A stretch of 64,000 nucleotides of DNA from Escherichia coli. GTDB lineage: Bacteria; Pseudomonadota; Gammaproteobacteria; Enterobacterales; Enterobacteriaceae. Made by a program: the position numbers and the translations under genes. The DNA lies in assembly GCF_003334785.1 (NCBI RefSeq), contig NZ_QOWV01000011.1; one strand, given 5' to 3'. Below, one piece after another: positions 15,359 through 31,564 of the stretch (positions are counted from its first letter, which is position 1; each line of letters begins with the position of its first letter). The notes beneath the pieces were generated by a model. It was not told the DNA's origin, did no database searches, and worked only from the letters and a program-made list of their open reading frames with translations.

Positions 15359-16320
15359 ATAATCCCGGCCTGATAGAAATCCTGCAGGTTTATTGCGCCG
15401 GTGAGTTTGCCGTTTTCATCCACCACCGGTGCGGCAGTGATTTTGCGCTTCATCAGGATCTCTTTGGCGTCGATGGCGCGACTTTGCGATTGCAACGTGG
15501 TGCCGCCGACCGTCATCGCTTCATTGACTGGCGTGGTGAGTGCGCCGCCGCCAACCAGCCAGCGACGTAAATCGCCGTCGGTAAAGACGCCTTGTACCTG
15601 TTGTTGAGCGTCACATACCGCCACCAGCCCCAGACCGGTGCGGCTGAGTTCCAGCATCGCATCCATCACGCTGGCGGTTAACGCCACCTGTGGGATGGCA
15701 TCGTCACGGCGCATCAGATGATGCACTTTATTCAGCAAGCGAGCGCCCAGTGCCCCGGCTGGGTGGGAGCGGGCAAAATCTTCTTCATTAAATCCGCGCG
15801 CCTGCATGACCGCCATCGCCAGCGCGTCACCCATCATCAGGGTATTGACGGTGCTGGAGGTCGGCGCAAGGTGCATCGGGCAGGCTTCGCGTTCTACGGA
15901 GATATCCAGCACCGCTTTTGCCGCCAGGCCCAGCGGTGACGTCGGTTTGCCGGTCATCGCCAGCAGCGCGATAGATTTATCTTCCAGACGCGGAATAATC
16001 AGATCCAGTTCCTTCGCGCCACCGGAGTAAGAGATAAACAGCATCACATCGCGGCTTTCGATCATCCCCAGATCGCCGTGCAGCGCTTCTGCCGGATGGA
16101 CAAAAAAAGCCGGAGTGCCGGTACTGGCAAGCGTTGCGGCGATTTTCTTACCAATGTGGCCCGATTTGCCAATTCCCGAAACCACCACTTTGCCTTCACA
16201 GTGCAGGATGATATTGGCGGCGCGAACAAAATCATCGCCCAGACGTTCCGGTAAACGGCTTGCTTCCTGCAACTCCAGCATTAACGTCTGACGTCCCGCG
16301 TTCAGTAGTGCTTCACTCAT
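15355..16320 (-). CDS. gutQ: D-arabinose 5-phosphate isomerase GutQ (SIS + CBS domains)
   Basis: 321 aa, last gene of srl/gut operon, convergent overlap with norR stop. Confidence 0.93.
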
Positions 16321-17086
16321 TGCTCTCTCCGGTTATGATCACATCGATCCCTTTCTCTTCCAGCGCCTGACGAAACGCCGGATCGATACCTGCGTCGGTA
16401 ATCAGCTTATCGACGCTTTCAAGACTGCAAACTACGTTGGGGCTTTTACGGCCAAACTTTGATGAGTCCGCCATCAAAATCACTTCGCGCGCGGCATTGC
16501 ACATTGCCTTACTGACGGTATAAACCTCGTTAAAGGTGGTTACGCCCGCATTGAGATCGATGCCGTCGGTGCCCATAAACAATTTATCGAAGGTGAAATG
16601 CTCGAAGGCATTCTCTGCCAGTTGCCCGTGAAATGAGGCCGATTTTTTGCGAAACGTTCCGCCTGGCATCAGGATAGTTTGTTCGTTATCCAGTTCGGAT
16701 AGCGCATTGACGATATGCAGGCTGTTGGTCATCACCGTGATGTTATTAAAGCGCGAGAGCAGGGGAACCATCTGCAAAACGGTACTGCCAGCATCAAGAA
16801 TGATCGAATCGCCATCATGGATAAAACTAACGGCAGCTTCTGCAATCAGCTCTTTCTTGTGGGTGTTGATGAGTGTTTTATGATCGATAGGCGGATCGGA
16901 TTCCTCTTTATTCAACACCACTCCGCCATAAGTACGAATGACGGTTCCGGCATGTTCCAGAATGACCAGATCTTTGCGAATGGTTGTGCCTGTGGTGTCA
17001 AAGTATTGCGCCAATTCTTCAACCGAGCATTTACCCTGCTTTTGCAGATACTCCAGAATGGCGGCCTGACGCTGACGAGGTTTCAT
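16313..17086 (-). CDS. srlR: DeoR-family glucitol operon repressor SrlR
   Basis: 257 aa DeoR HTH plus sugar-binding domain. Confidence 0.93.
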
Positions 17087-17152
17087 GGGCGTGATTACCT
17101 GATTTAGGTTTCAAAATGATAACTTCGCAAGCAAGTAACATTCACAACGAAA

Positions 17153-17512
17153 TTATCCACGTTTCAGTTTAAGCGCCAATGATAGAGCATTCTGTGATAG
17201 TGGATCATGGGGAAAGATCACATCGGGCTGTAAATCACCCGCATGCATACCGGTAATTGCGGGAATTTTTTGCGGTCGGGCGAAGACGGTCAGTCCTTTC
17301 ATAAACAAGGTGTCGACGATGCGCTGCTGATCGTCCAGCGCGATGGCGACCACGACCCGCGGTTTAAAGCGCCCGCTGGAACGGCCCACGCCAACCCGCC
17401 CTTGCTGGCATAGTGTGTCGAAGGCACGGTTAAAACGAGAAATTTGCCAGCCGCCTAAGGCCAGTTGCGCACACCAGGCGATAACGGCGACGGTGATGAG
17501 TGCGGATACCAT
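17153..17512 (-). CDS. gutM: Glucitol operon activator GutM
   Basis: 119 aa ORF between srlD and srlR. Confidence 0.9.
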   Translation of the reverse strand: MVSALITVAVIAWCAQLALGGWQISRFNRAFDTLCQQGRVGVGRSSGRFKPRVVVAIALDDQQRIVDTLFMKGLTVFARPQKIPAITGMHAGDLQPDVIFPHDPLSQNALSLALKLKRG

Positions 17513-17616
17513 AACTTTTCCTTAATGTAGTGGCGGAAGTCCTGTATGCCTGATGAGCGTAGCGCATCAGGCATTCTATAGTCTCACGGAGATCCTTAAT
17601 GGATCTCCGCTGTTGA

Positions 17617-18771
<1,155 letters not shown>

Positions 18772-18781
18772 GTTTCAGCCT

Positions 18782-20319
<1,538 letters not shown>

Positions 20320-20556
20320 TTATTGTTTTATTACCAAACGGCAACCTAATCTAATCAGATTGAAAGATTTAAAAGTGTTATTTTGATCGCAAAATGAAAG
20401 ATAAATATTTTAATTTGAAAGTTTGAATAAAAGGATAGCGAGGGGAATGAGTTGAGTTATGTAAAGTCCGTATCGGGCAGTGACTACCGCTTCCTTGTGC
20501 GGGGCGTGATGCTTTACCATACTTGCCCCTGGTTGAATCTGTTAAATGGACCCCTC

Positions 20557-21642
20557 ATGTTCAAGCGTCGTTATGTAACATTGCTTCCCCTTTTTGTGTT
20601 GCTTGCCGCCTGTAGCAGCAAGCCAAAACCTACTGAGACTGATACGACCACCGGAACGCCGTCTGGCGGCTTCCTGCTTGAGCCGCAGCACAATGTGATG
20701 CAGATGGGCGGCGATTTCGCTAATAACCCGAATGCCCAGCAGTTCATCGACAAAATGGTGAACAAACACGGTTTCGATCGTCAGCAGTTGCAGGAAATTC
20801 TCTCCCAGGCGAAGCGTCTGGATTCGGTACTGCGGCTGATGGATAACCAGGCACCAACCACATCGGTGAAACCGCCATCAGGTCCGAACGGCGCATGGCT
20901 CCGTTATCGCAAAAAATTTATTACGCCGGACAACGTGCAGAACGGTGTGGTTTTCTGGAATCAGTATGAAGATGCGTTGAATCGCGCGTGGCAGGTGTAT
21001 GGAGTACCGCCGGAAATTATCGTCGGGATTATCGGCGTTGAAACCCGCTGGGGGCGCGTGATGGGGAAAACTCGCATCCTCGATGCGCTGGCAACGCTGT
21101 CATTTAACTACCCACGCCGCGCGGAGTATTTCTCTGGCGAGCTGGAAACCTTCCTGTTGATGGCGCGCGACGAGCAGGACGATCCGCTCAATCTGAAAGG
21201 TTCCTTTGCCGGGGCGATGGGCTACGGACAGTTTATGCCGTCGTCTTACAAACAATATGCGGTAGATTTCAGCGGCGACGGGCATATCAACCTGTGGGAT
21301 CCGGTTGATGCGATCGGTAGCGTGGCGAACTATTTCAAAGCGCACGGCTGGGTGAAAGGCGATCAGGTCGCGGTAATGGCAAACGGTCAGGCTCCAGGCT
21401 TGCCAAATGGCTTCAAAACTAAGTACAGCATTTCGCAGCTTGCCGCCGCAGGTTTAACGCCACAGCAGCCGCTGGGCAACCATCAACAAGCCAGCCTGCT
21501 GCGTCTGGATGTTGGCACCGGCTACCAGTACTGGTACGGTCTGCCGAACTTCTACACCATCACCCGTTACAACCACAGCACCCATTACGCAATGGCGGTC
21601 TGGCAGTTAGGACAAGCCGTGGCGCTGGCGCGAGTACAGTAG
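20557..21642 (+). CDS. mltB: Membrane-bound lytic murein transglycosylase B
   Basis: 361 aa from MFKRRYVTLLPLFVLLAACSS (lipobox LAAC); track ORF N-terminus trimmed. Confidence 0.93.
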   Translation: MFKRRYVTLLPLFVLLAACSSKPKPTETDTTTGTPSGGFLLEPQHNVMQMGGDFANNPNAQQFIDKMVNKHGFDRQQLQEILSQAKRLDSVLRLMDNQAPTTSVKPPSGPNGAWLRYRKKFITPDNVQNGVVFWNQYEDALNRAWQVYGVPPEIIVGIIGVETRWGRVMGKTRILDALATLSFNYPRRAEYFSGELETFLLMARDEQDDPLNLKGSFAGAMGYGQFMPSSYKQYAVDFSGDGHINLWDPVDAIGSVANYFKAHGWVKGDQVAVMANGQAPGLPNGFKTKYSISQLAAAGLTPQQPLGNHQQASLLRLDVGTGYQYWYGLPNFYTITRYNHSTHYAMAVWQLGQAVALARVQ

Positions 21643-21786
21643 CTATTTACAAGAGGGGGGCGTGAGCTTCCCTCTGGCTAATCAGCTTTTTTCTGAATCC
21701 TCCTCGTAAAATTGCAACGCCAACACCATCTTCCTGACGAAAGTGCTATCTTGTCCGGCATAAATTTTTGACTGACAGAGGTTGTG

Positions 21787-22280
21787 ATGACTGACAGTGA
21801 ACTGATGCAGTTAAGTGAACAGGTTGGGCAGGCGCTGAAAGCCCGTGGCGCAACCGTAACAACTGCCGAGTCTTGTACCGGTGGTTGGGTAGCGAAAGTG
21901 ATTACCGATATTGCCGGTAGCTCCGCCTGGTTTGAACGCGGATTTGTCACCTACAGTAACGAAGCCAAAGCGCAGATGATCGGCGTACGCGAAGAGACGC
22001 TGGCGCAGCATGGCGCGGTGAGTGAACCCGTCGTGGTGGAAATGGCGATAGGCGCACTGAAAGCGGCTCGTGCTGATTATGCCGTGTCTATTAGTGGTAT
22101 CGCCGGGCCGGATGGCGGCAGTGAAGAGAAGCCTGTCGGCACCGTCTGGTTTGCTTTTGCCACTGCCCGCGGTGAAGGCATTACCCGGCGGGAATGCTTC
22201 AGCGGCGACCGTGATGCGGTGCGTCGTCAGGCTACTGCGTATGCATTGCAGACCTTGTGGCAACAATTTCTACAAAACAC

Positions 22281-22284
<4 letters not shown>
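21787..22284 (+). CDS. pncC: NMN amidohydrolase PncC (CinA-like C-terminal domain)
   Basis: 165 aa, ATG at 21787 right after in-frame GTG. Confidence 0.9.
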
Positions 22285-23425
<1,141 letters not shown>

Positions 23426-23445
23426 TCGTCTTGTTTGATACACAA

Positions 23446-23475
23446 GGGTCGCATCTGCGGCCCTTTTGCTTTTTT
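23446..23475 (+). terminator. Partial rho-independent terminator between recA and recX
   Basis: Imperfect hairpin gggtcgcatctgcggccc followed by ttttgctttttt. Confidence 0.6.
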
Positions 23476-23493
23476 AAGTTGTAAGGATATGCC

Positions 23494-23994
23494 ATGACAG
23501 AATCAACATCCCGTCGCCCGGCATATGCTCGCCTGTTGGATCGTGCGGTACGCATTCTGGCGGTGCGCGATCACAGTGAGCAAGAACTGCGACGTAAACT
23601 CGCGGCACCGATTATGGGCAAAAATGGCCCAGAAGAGATTGATGCTACGGCAGAAGATTACGAGCGCGTTATTGCCTGGTGCCATGAACATGGCTATCTC
23701 GATGACAGCCGATTTGTTGCGCGCTTTATCGCCAGCCGTAGCCGCAAAGGTTATGGACCTGCGCGTATTCGCCAGGAACTGAATCAGAAAGGTATTTCCC
23801 GCGAAGCGACAGAAAAAGCGATGCGTGAATGTGACATCGACTGGTGCGCACTGGCGCGCGATCAGGCGACGCGAAAATATGGCGAACCTTTGCCAACTGT
23901 CTTTTCAGAAAAAGTTAAGATCCAGCGTTTTCTGCTCTATCGTGGCTATCTGATGGAAGATATCCAGGAGATTTGGCGAAATTTTGCCGACTGA
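23494..23994 (+). CDS. recX: RecA regulator RecX
   Basis: 166 aa, immediately downstream of recA. Confidence 0.95.
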   Translation: MTESTSRRPAYARLLDRAVRILAVRDHSEQELRRKLAAPIMGKNGPEEIDATAEDYERVIAWCHEHGYLDDSRFVARFIASRSRKGYGPARIRQELNQKGISREATEKAMRECDIDWCALARDQATRKYGEPLPTVFSEKVKIQRFLLYRGYLMEDIQEIWRNFAD

Positions 23995-24121
23995 ACGCAT
24001 ACGGTATTTTACTTCCCAGTCAAGAAAACTTATCTTATTCCCACTTTTCAGTTACCAGCCCGGCGGTTAAGACACGCTGGAGCTGGTGGCGATATTTCGT
24101 TAGCTTGATTTCAGGATAATT

Positions 24122-26752
24122 ATGAGCAAGAGCACCGCTGAGATCCGTCAGGCGTTTCTCGACTTTTTCCATAGTAAGGGACATCAGGTAGTTGCCAGCA
24201 GCTCCCTGGTACCCCATAACGACCCAACTTTGTTGTTTACCAACGCCGGGATGAACCAGTTCAAGGATGTGTTCCTTGGGCTCGACAAGCGTAATTATTC
24301 CCGCGCTACCACTTCCCAACGCTGCGTGCGTGCGGGTGGTAAACACAACGACCTGGAAAACGTCGGTTACACCGCGCGTCACCATACCTTCTTCGAAATG
24401 CTGGGCAACTTCAGCTTCGGCGACTATTTCAAACACGATGCCATTCAGTTTGCATGGGAACTGCTGACCAGCGAAAAATGGTTTGCCCTGCCGAAAGAGC
24501 GTCTGTGGGTTACCGTCTATGAAAGCGACGACGAAGCCTACGAAATCTGGGAAAAAGAAGTAGGGATCCCGCGCGAACGTATTATTCGCATCGGCGATAA
24601 CAAAGGTGCGCCATACGCATCTGACAACTTCTGGCAGATGGGTGACACTGGTCCGTGCGGCCCGTGCACCGAAATCTTCTACGATCACGGCGACCACATT
24701 TGGGGGGGCCCTCCGGGAAGCCCGGAAGAAGACGGCGACCGCTACATTGAGATCTGGAACATCGTCTTCATGCAGTTCAACCGCCAGGCCGATGGCACGA
24801 TGGAACCGCTGCCGAAGCCGTCTGTAGATACCGGTATGGGTCTGGAGCGTATTGCTGCGGTGCTGCAACACGTTAACTCTAACTATGACATCGACCTGTT
24901 CCGCACGCTGATCCAGGCGGTAGCGAAAGTCACTGGCGCAACCGATCTGAGCAATAAATCGCTGCGCGTAATCGCTGACCACATTCGTTCTTGTGCGTTC
25001 CTGATCGCGGATGGCGTAATGCCGTCCAATGAAAACCGTGGTTATGTACTGCGTCGTATCATTCGTCGCGCAGTGCGTCACGGTAATATGCTCGGCGCGA
25101 AAGAAACCTTCTTCTACAAACTGGTTGGTCCGCTGATCGACGTTATGGGCTCTGCGGGTGAAGACCTGAAACGCCAGCAGGCGCAGGTTGAGCAGGTGCT
25201 GAAGACTGAAGAAGAGCAGTTTGCTCGTACTCTGGAGCGCGGTCTGGCGTTGCTGGATGAAGAGCTGGCAAAACTTTCTGGTGATACGCTGGATGGTGAA
25301 ACTGCTTTCCGTCTGTACGACACCTATGGCTTCCCGGTTGACCTGACGGCTGATGTTTGTCGTGAGCGCAACATCAAAGTTGACGAAGCTGGTTTTGAAG
25401 CTGCAATGGAAGAGCAGCGTCGTCGCGCGCGCGAAGCCAGCGGCTTTGGTGCCGATTACAACGCAATGATCCGTGTTGACAGTGCATCTGAATTTAAAGG
25501 CTATGACCATCTGGAACTGAACGGCAAAGTGACTGCGCTGTTTGTTGATGGTAAAGCGGTTGATGCCATCAATGCAGGCCAGGAAGCTGTGGTCGTGCTG
25601 GATCAAACGCCATTCTATGCGGAATCCGGCGGTCAGGTTGGCGATAAAGGCGAACTGAAAGGCGCTAACTTCTCCTTTGCGGTGGAAGATACGCAGAAAT
25701 ACGGCCAGGCGATTGGTCACATCGGTAAACTTGCTGCGGGTTCTCTGAAAGTGGGCGACGCGGTGCAGGCTGATGTTGATGAGGCTCGTCGCGCCCGTAT
25801 TCGTCTGAATCACTCCGCAACGCACCTGATGCACGCTGCGCTGCGCCAGGTTCTGGGTACTCATGTATCGCAGAAAGGTTCACTGGTTAACGACAAGGTG
25901 CTGCGCTTCGACTTCTCACACAACGAAGCGATGAAACCAGAAGAGATTCGTGCGGTCGAAGACCTGGTGAACACACAGATTCGTCGCAATTTGCCGATCG
26001 AAACCAACATCATGGATCTCGAAGCGGCGAAAGCGAAAGGTGCGATGGCGCTGTTCGGCGAGAAGTATGATGAGCGCGTACGCGTGCTGAGCATGGGCGA
26101 TTTCTCTACCGAGTTGTGTGGCGGTACTCACGCCAGCCGCACTGGTGATATTGGTCTGTTCCGCATCATCTCTGAATCGGGTACTGCTGCAGGCGTTCGT
26201 CGTATCGAAGCGGTAACCGGAGAAGGTGCTATCGCCACCGTTCATGCAGACAGCGATCGCTTAAGCGAAGTCGCGCATCTGCTGAAAGGCGATAGCAATA
26301 ATCTGGCTGATAAAGTGCGCTCAGTACTGGAACGTACGCGTCAGCTGGAAAAAGAGTTACAACAGCTTAAAGAACAAGCTGCCGCACAGGAGAGCGCAAA
26401 TCTTTCCAGTAAGGCAATTGATGTTAATGGTGTTAAGCTGTTGGTTAGCGAGCTTAGCGGTGTTGAGCCGAAAATGTTGCGTACCATGGTTGACGATTTA
26501 AAAAATCAGCTGGGGTCGACAATTATCGTGCTGGCAACGGTAGTCGAAGGTAAGGTTTCTCTGATTGCAGGCGTATCTAAGGACGTCACAGATCGTGTGA
26601 AAGCAGGGGAACTGATTGGTATGGTCGCTCAGCAGGTGGGCGGCAAGGGTGGTGGACGTCCTGACATGGCGCAAGCCGGTGGTACGGATGCTGCGGCCTT
26701 ACCTGCAGCGTTAGCCAGTGTGAAAGGCTGGGTCAGCGCGAAATTGCAATAA
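24122..26752 (+). CDS. alaS: Alanine--tRNA ligase
   Basis: 876 aa; class II aaRS core, editing domain, C-terminal region. Confidence 0.98.
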
Positions 26753-26986
26753 TATAAGCGTCAGGCAATGCCGTGGACTCGCTTCACGGCATTCGCATTA
26801 ACGCTATCGACAACGATAAAGTCAGGTTGAAGTTGTGTATATCGGCTAAACTTAGGTTTAACAGAATGTAATGCCATGACTGCTTAGATGTAATGTGTTT
26901 GTCATTGCTTACTTTTTGGCGTTATATGATGGATAATGCCGGGATACAGAGAGACCCGACTCTTTTAATCTTTCAAGGAGCAAAGA

Positions 26987-27172
26987 ATGCTGATTCTGAC
27001 TCGTCGAGTTGGTGAGACCCTCATGATTGGGGATGAGGTCACCGTGACAGTTTTAGGGGTAAAGGGCAACCAGGTACGTATTGGCGTAAATGCCCCGAAG
27101 GAAGTTTCTGTTCACCGTGAAGAGATCTACCAGCGTATCCAGGCTGAAAAATCCCAGCAGTCCAGTTACTAA
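26987..27172 (+). CDS. csrA: Carbon storage regulator CsrA
   Basis: 61 aa [48 protein letters not shown]. Confidence 0.98.
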
Positions 27173-27487
27173 TCTTTCCGCGTCTCATCTTTATCGGTGA
27201 GACGCACCCTCAAAATTTCTCCTTCACTCTATAGTCTTTTCGCTTTACTCCCGTTCATTCAACTTAAGTCTCCATTTTTTTGCATTACTACTATCTGTCA
27301 GACCTCCATTCTTCTGTTGATAAAACACTCTTTTTGACGTTTTTACAGACTAATTGAACGTGAAGTGTGCAAACGATAAAAGTGTAGGAAAAATTGTTTG
27401 ACTTATAAGTCTCAGAAAGTAATATGTGCGCCACGCAGCGACGATGAGCGATAAACAAGTTCTTCGAAGCACTCGTAAGAGGCGTGT

Positions 27488-27580
27488 GGTGAGGTGGCCG
27501 AGAGGCTGAAGGCGCTCCCCTGCTAAGGGAGTATGCGGTCAAAAGCTGCATCCGGGGTTCGAATCCCCGCCTCACCGCCA
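27488..27580 (+). tRNA. serV: tRNA-Ser (anticodon GCU), long variable arm
   Basis: 93 nt ggtgaggtggccgagaggctgaagg...gaatccccgcctcaccgcca; anticodon loop ctGCTaa. Confidence 0.95.
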
Positions 27581-27583
27581 TTT

Positions 27584-27660
27584 GCATCCGTAGCTCAGCT
27601 GGATAGAGTACTCGGCTACGAACCGAGCGGTCGGAGGTTCGAATCCTCCCGGATGCACCA
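27584..27660 (+). tRNA. argV: tRNA-Arg (anticodon ACG), copy 1
   Basis: 77 nt gcatccgtagctcagctggatagag...ctACGaa...cctcccggatgcacca, 3 nt after serV. Confidence 0.95.
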
Positions 27661-27776
27661 TATTCTCCGAAATCTTCAGCAATGAAGGTATCGAAGAGGT
27701 AGCGGAATTAACCGCAGGCACTAGGGATGATAACGTTGCTTTAGCAACGGCCCGAAGGGCGAGCCGCAAGGCGAGT

Positions 27777-27795
27777 AATCCTCCCGGATGCACCA
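27777..27795 (+). repeat. tRNA-Arg 3'-end fragment in array spacer
   Basis: aatcctcccggatgcacca identical to last 19 nt of tRNA-Arg, no 5' half. Confidence 0.8.
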
Positions 27796-27858
27796 TCTCT
27801 TAATTGATATGGCTTTAGTAGCGGTATCAATATCAGCAGTAGAATAAGTTTTCCCGAT

Positions 27859-27935
27859 GCATCCGTAGCTCAGCTGGATAGAGTACTCGGCTACGAACCG
27901 AGCGGTCGGAGGTTCGAATCCTCCCGGATGCACCA
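27859..27935 (+). tRNA. tRNA-Arg (anticodon ACG), copy 2
   Basis: Identical 77-nt sequence 275 nt downstream of copy 1. Confidence 0.95.
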
Positions 27936-28050
27936 TATTCTCCGTAACCTTCAGCAATGAAGGTATCGAAGAGATAGCGGTATTAACCGCAGGCACCAGG
28001 AAGGATAACGTTGCGCCAGCAACGGCCCGAAGGGCGAACGTCAGTGAGTC

Positions 28051-28068
28051 ATCCTCCCGGATGCACCA
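28051..28068 (+). repeat. tRNA-Arg 3'-end fragment downstream of copy 2
   Basis: atcctcccggatgcacca within a spacer that repeats the copy-1 spacer with substitutions. Confidence 0.8.
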
Positions 28069-28215
28069 TCTTCTCCAAAAAATTTCCTTCAAAAATATCT
28101 CATTTCTAAATAAGTCCTTTATCCATTTCCTGAATTTTCTTCTCCTTCGCCATCAGCGACAAAATCAAGCAATTACGCTAAAGTAGCGTCATATTTTTCG
28201 ACTTGCGAGAAGACC

Positions 28216-28782
28216 ATGTACGAGCGTTATGCAGGTTTAATTTTTGATATGGATGGCACAATCCTGGATACGGAGCCTACGCACCGTAAAGCGTGGCGCG
28301 AAGTATTAGGGCACTACGGTCTTCAGTACGATATTCAGGCGATGATTGCGCTTAATGGATCGCCCACCTGGCGTATTGCTCAGGCAATTATTGAGCTGAA
28401 TCAGGCCGATCTCGACCCGCATGCGTTAGCGCGTGAAAAAACAGAAGCAGTAAGAAGTATGCTGCTGGATAGCGTCGAACCGCTTCCTCTTGTTGATGTG
28501 GTGAAAAGTTGGCATGGTCGTCGCCCAATGGCTGTAGGAACGGGGAGTGAAAGCGCCATCGCTGAGGCATTGCTGGCGCACCTGGGATTACGCCATTATT
28601 TTGACGCCGTCGTCGCTGCCGATCACGTCAAACACCATAAACCCGCGCCAGACACATTTTTGTTGTGCGCGCAGCGTATGGGCGTGCAACCGACGCAGTG
28701 TGTGGTCTTTGAAGATGCCGATTTCGGTATTCAGGCGGCCCGTGCAGCAGGCATGGACGCCGTGGATGTTCGCTTGCTGTGA
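28216..28782 (+). CDS. yqaB: HAD-family sugar phosphatase YqaB
   Basis: 188 aa, HAD motif I FDMDGTILDT. Confidence 0.9.
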   Translation: MYERYAGLIFDMDGTILDTEPTHRKAWREVLGHYGLQYDIQAMIALNGSPTWRIAQAIIELNQADLDPHALAREKTEAVRSMLLDSVEPLPLVDVVKSWHGRRPMAVGTGSESAIAEALLAHLGLRHYFDAVVAADHVKHHKPAPDTFLLCAQRMGVQPTQCVVFEDADFGIQAARAAGMDAVDVRLL

Positions 28783-29207
28783 GTGAAGCGTTATCGCTTT
28801 TCTCGTTGTTTGCCAGTAGTTTTCTCAGCGCTACACTATTACCCGGCAACTCCGAAGTCGTGCTGGTGGCAATGTTGCTTTCCGGGATCAGTCATCCCTG
28901 GGTTTTAGTTTTAACAGCAACAATGGGTAATAGCCTTGGAGGGTTAACTAACGTTATCCTTGGGCGTTTCTTTCCATTGCGTAAAACATCGCGCTGGCAA
29001 GAGAAAGCTACCGGCTGGCTGAAACGCTATGGTGCAGTCACGCTATTATTAAGCTGGATGCCCGTGGTTGGCGATTTACTGTGTCTGTTAGCGGGATGGA
29101 TGCGCATCTCGTGGGGACCGGTAATCTTTTTTTTGTGCCTTGGTAAAGCGTTACGCTATGTTGCAGTTGCAGCAGCGACCGTTCAGGGCATGATGTGGTG
29201 GCACTAA
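28779..29207 (+). CDS. yqaA: DedA/SNARE-associated family inner membrane protein YqaA
   Basis: 142 aa membrane ORF overlapping yqaB stop. Confidence 0.88.
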   Translation: MSEALSLFSLFASSFLSATLLPGNSEVVLVAMLLSGISHPWVLVLTATMGNSLGGLTNVILGRFFPLRKTSRWQEKATGWLKRYGAVTLLLSWMPVVGDLLCLLAGWMRISWGPVIFFLCLGKALRYVAVAAATVQGMMWWH

Positions 29208-29252
29208 TTGTAGGCCTGCACATATGGTCACCATTACAGTTATGCTAATTAA

Positions 29253-30836
<1,584 letters not shown>

Positions 30837-30845
30837 CAGAAAAGA

Positions 30846-30917
30846 AAAAGGCCACTCGTGAGTGGCCAAAATTTCATCTCTGAATTCAGGGATGATGATA
30901 ACAAATGCGCGTCTTTC
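30846..30917 (-). ncRNA. micA: MicA (SraD) small regulatory RNA
   Basis: Minus strand reads GAAAGACGCGCATTTGTTATCATCATCCCTGAATTCAGAGATGAAATTTTGGCCACTCACGAGTGGCCTTTTT, with terminal hairpin and U-tract, in the gshA-luxS spacer. Confidence 0.9.
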
Positions 30918-30985
30918 ATATACTCAGACTCGCCTGGGAAGAAAGAGTTCAGAAAATTTTTAAAAAAATTACCGGAGGTGGCTAA

Positions 30986-31501
30986 ATGCCGTTGTTAGAT
31001 AGCTTCACAGTCGATCATACCCGGATGGAAGCGCCTGCAGTTCGGGTGGCGAAAACAATGAACACCCCGCATGGCGACGCAATCACCGTGTTCGATCTGC
31101 GCTTCTGCGTGCCGAACAAAGAAGTGATGCCAGAAAGAGGGATCCATACCCTGGAGCACCTGTTTGCTGGTTTTATGCGTAACCATCTTAACGGTAATGG
31201 TGTAGAGATTATCGATATCTCGCCAATGGGCTGCCGCACCGGTTTTTATATGAGTCTGATTGGTACGCCAGATGAGCAGCGTGTTGCTGATGCCTGGAAA
31301 GCGGCAATGGAAGACGTGCTGAAAGTGCAGGATCAGAATCAGATCCCGGAACTGAACGTCTACCAGTGTGGCACTTACCAGATGCACTCGTTGCAGGAAG
31401 CGCAGGATATTGCGCGTAGCATTCTGGAACGTGACGTACGCATCAACAGCAACGAAGAACTGGCACTGCCGAAAGAGAAGTTGCAGGAACTGCACATCTA
31501 G
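30986..31501 (+). CDS. luxS: S-ribosylhomocysteine lyase LuxS
   Basis: 171 aa [14 protein letters not shown]..., HTLEH metal motif. Confidence 0.97.
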
Positions 31502-31533
31502 TCAGTAAACTATCTTCACAATTAATTGAAAAA

Positions 31534-31556
31534 AGCCAGTTCAAATGAACTGGCTT
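31534..31556. terminator. Bidirectional hairpin between convergent luxS and emrB
   Basis: agccagttca-aat-gaactggct perfect stem with A/T runs on both sides. Confidence 0.6.
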
Positions 31557-31564
31557 AGTTGTAC

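Noticed and set aside
27291-28092. Three minus-strand ORFs (98, 74, 123 aa) across the tRNA array
   Set aside because: They overlap the tRNA-Ser/Arg genes and repeats antisense; repeated peptide segments merely reflect the tandem DNA repeat.
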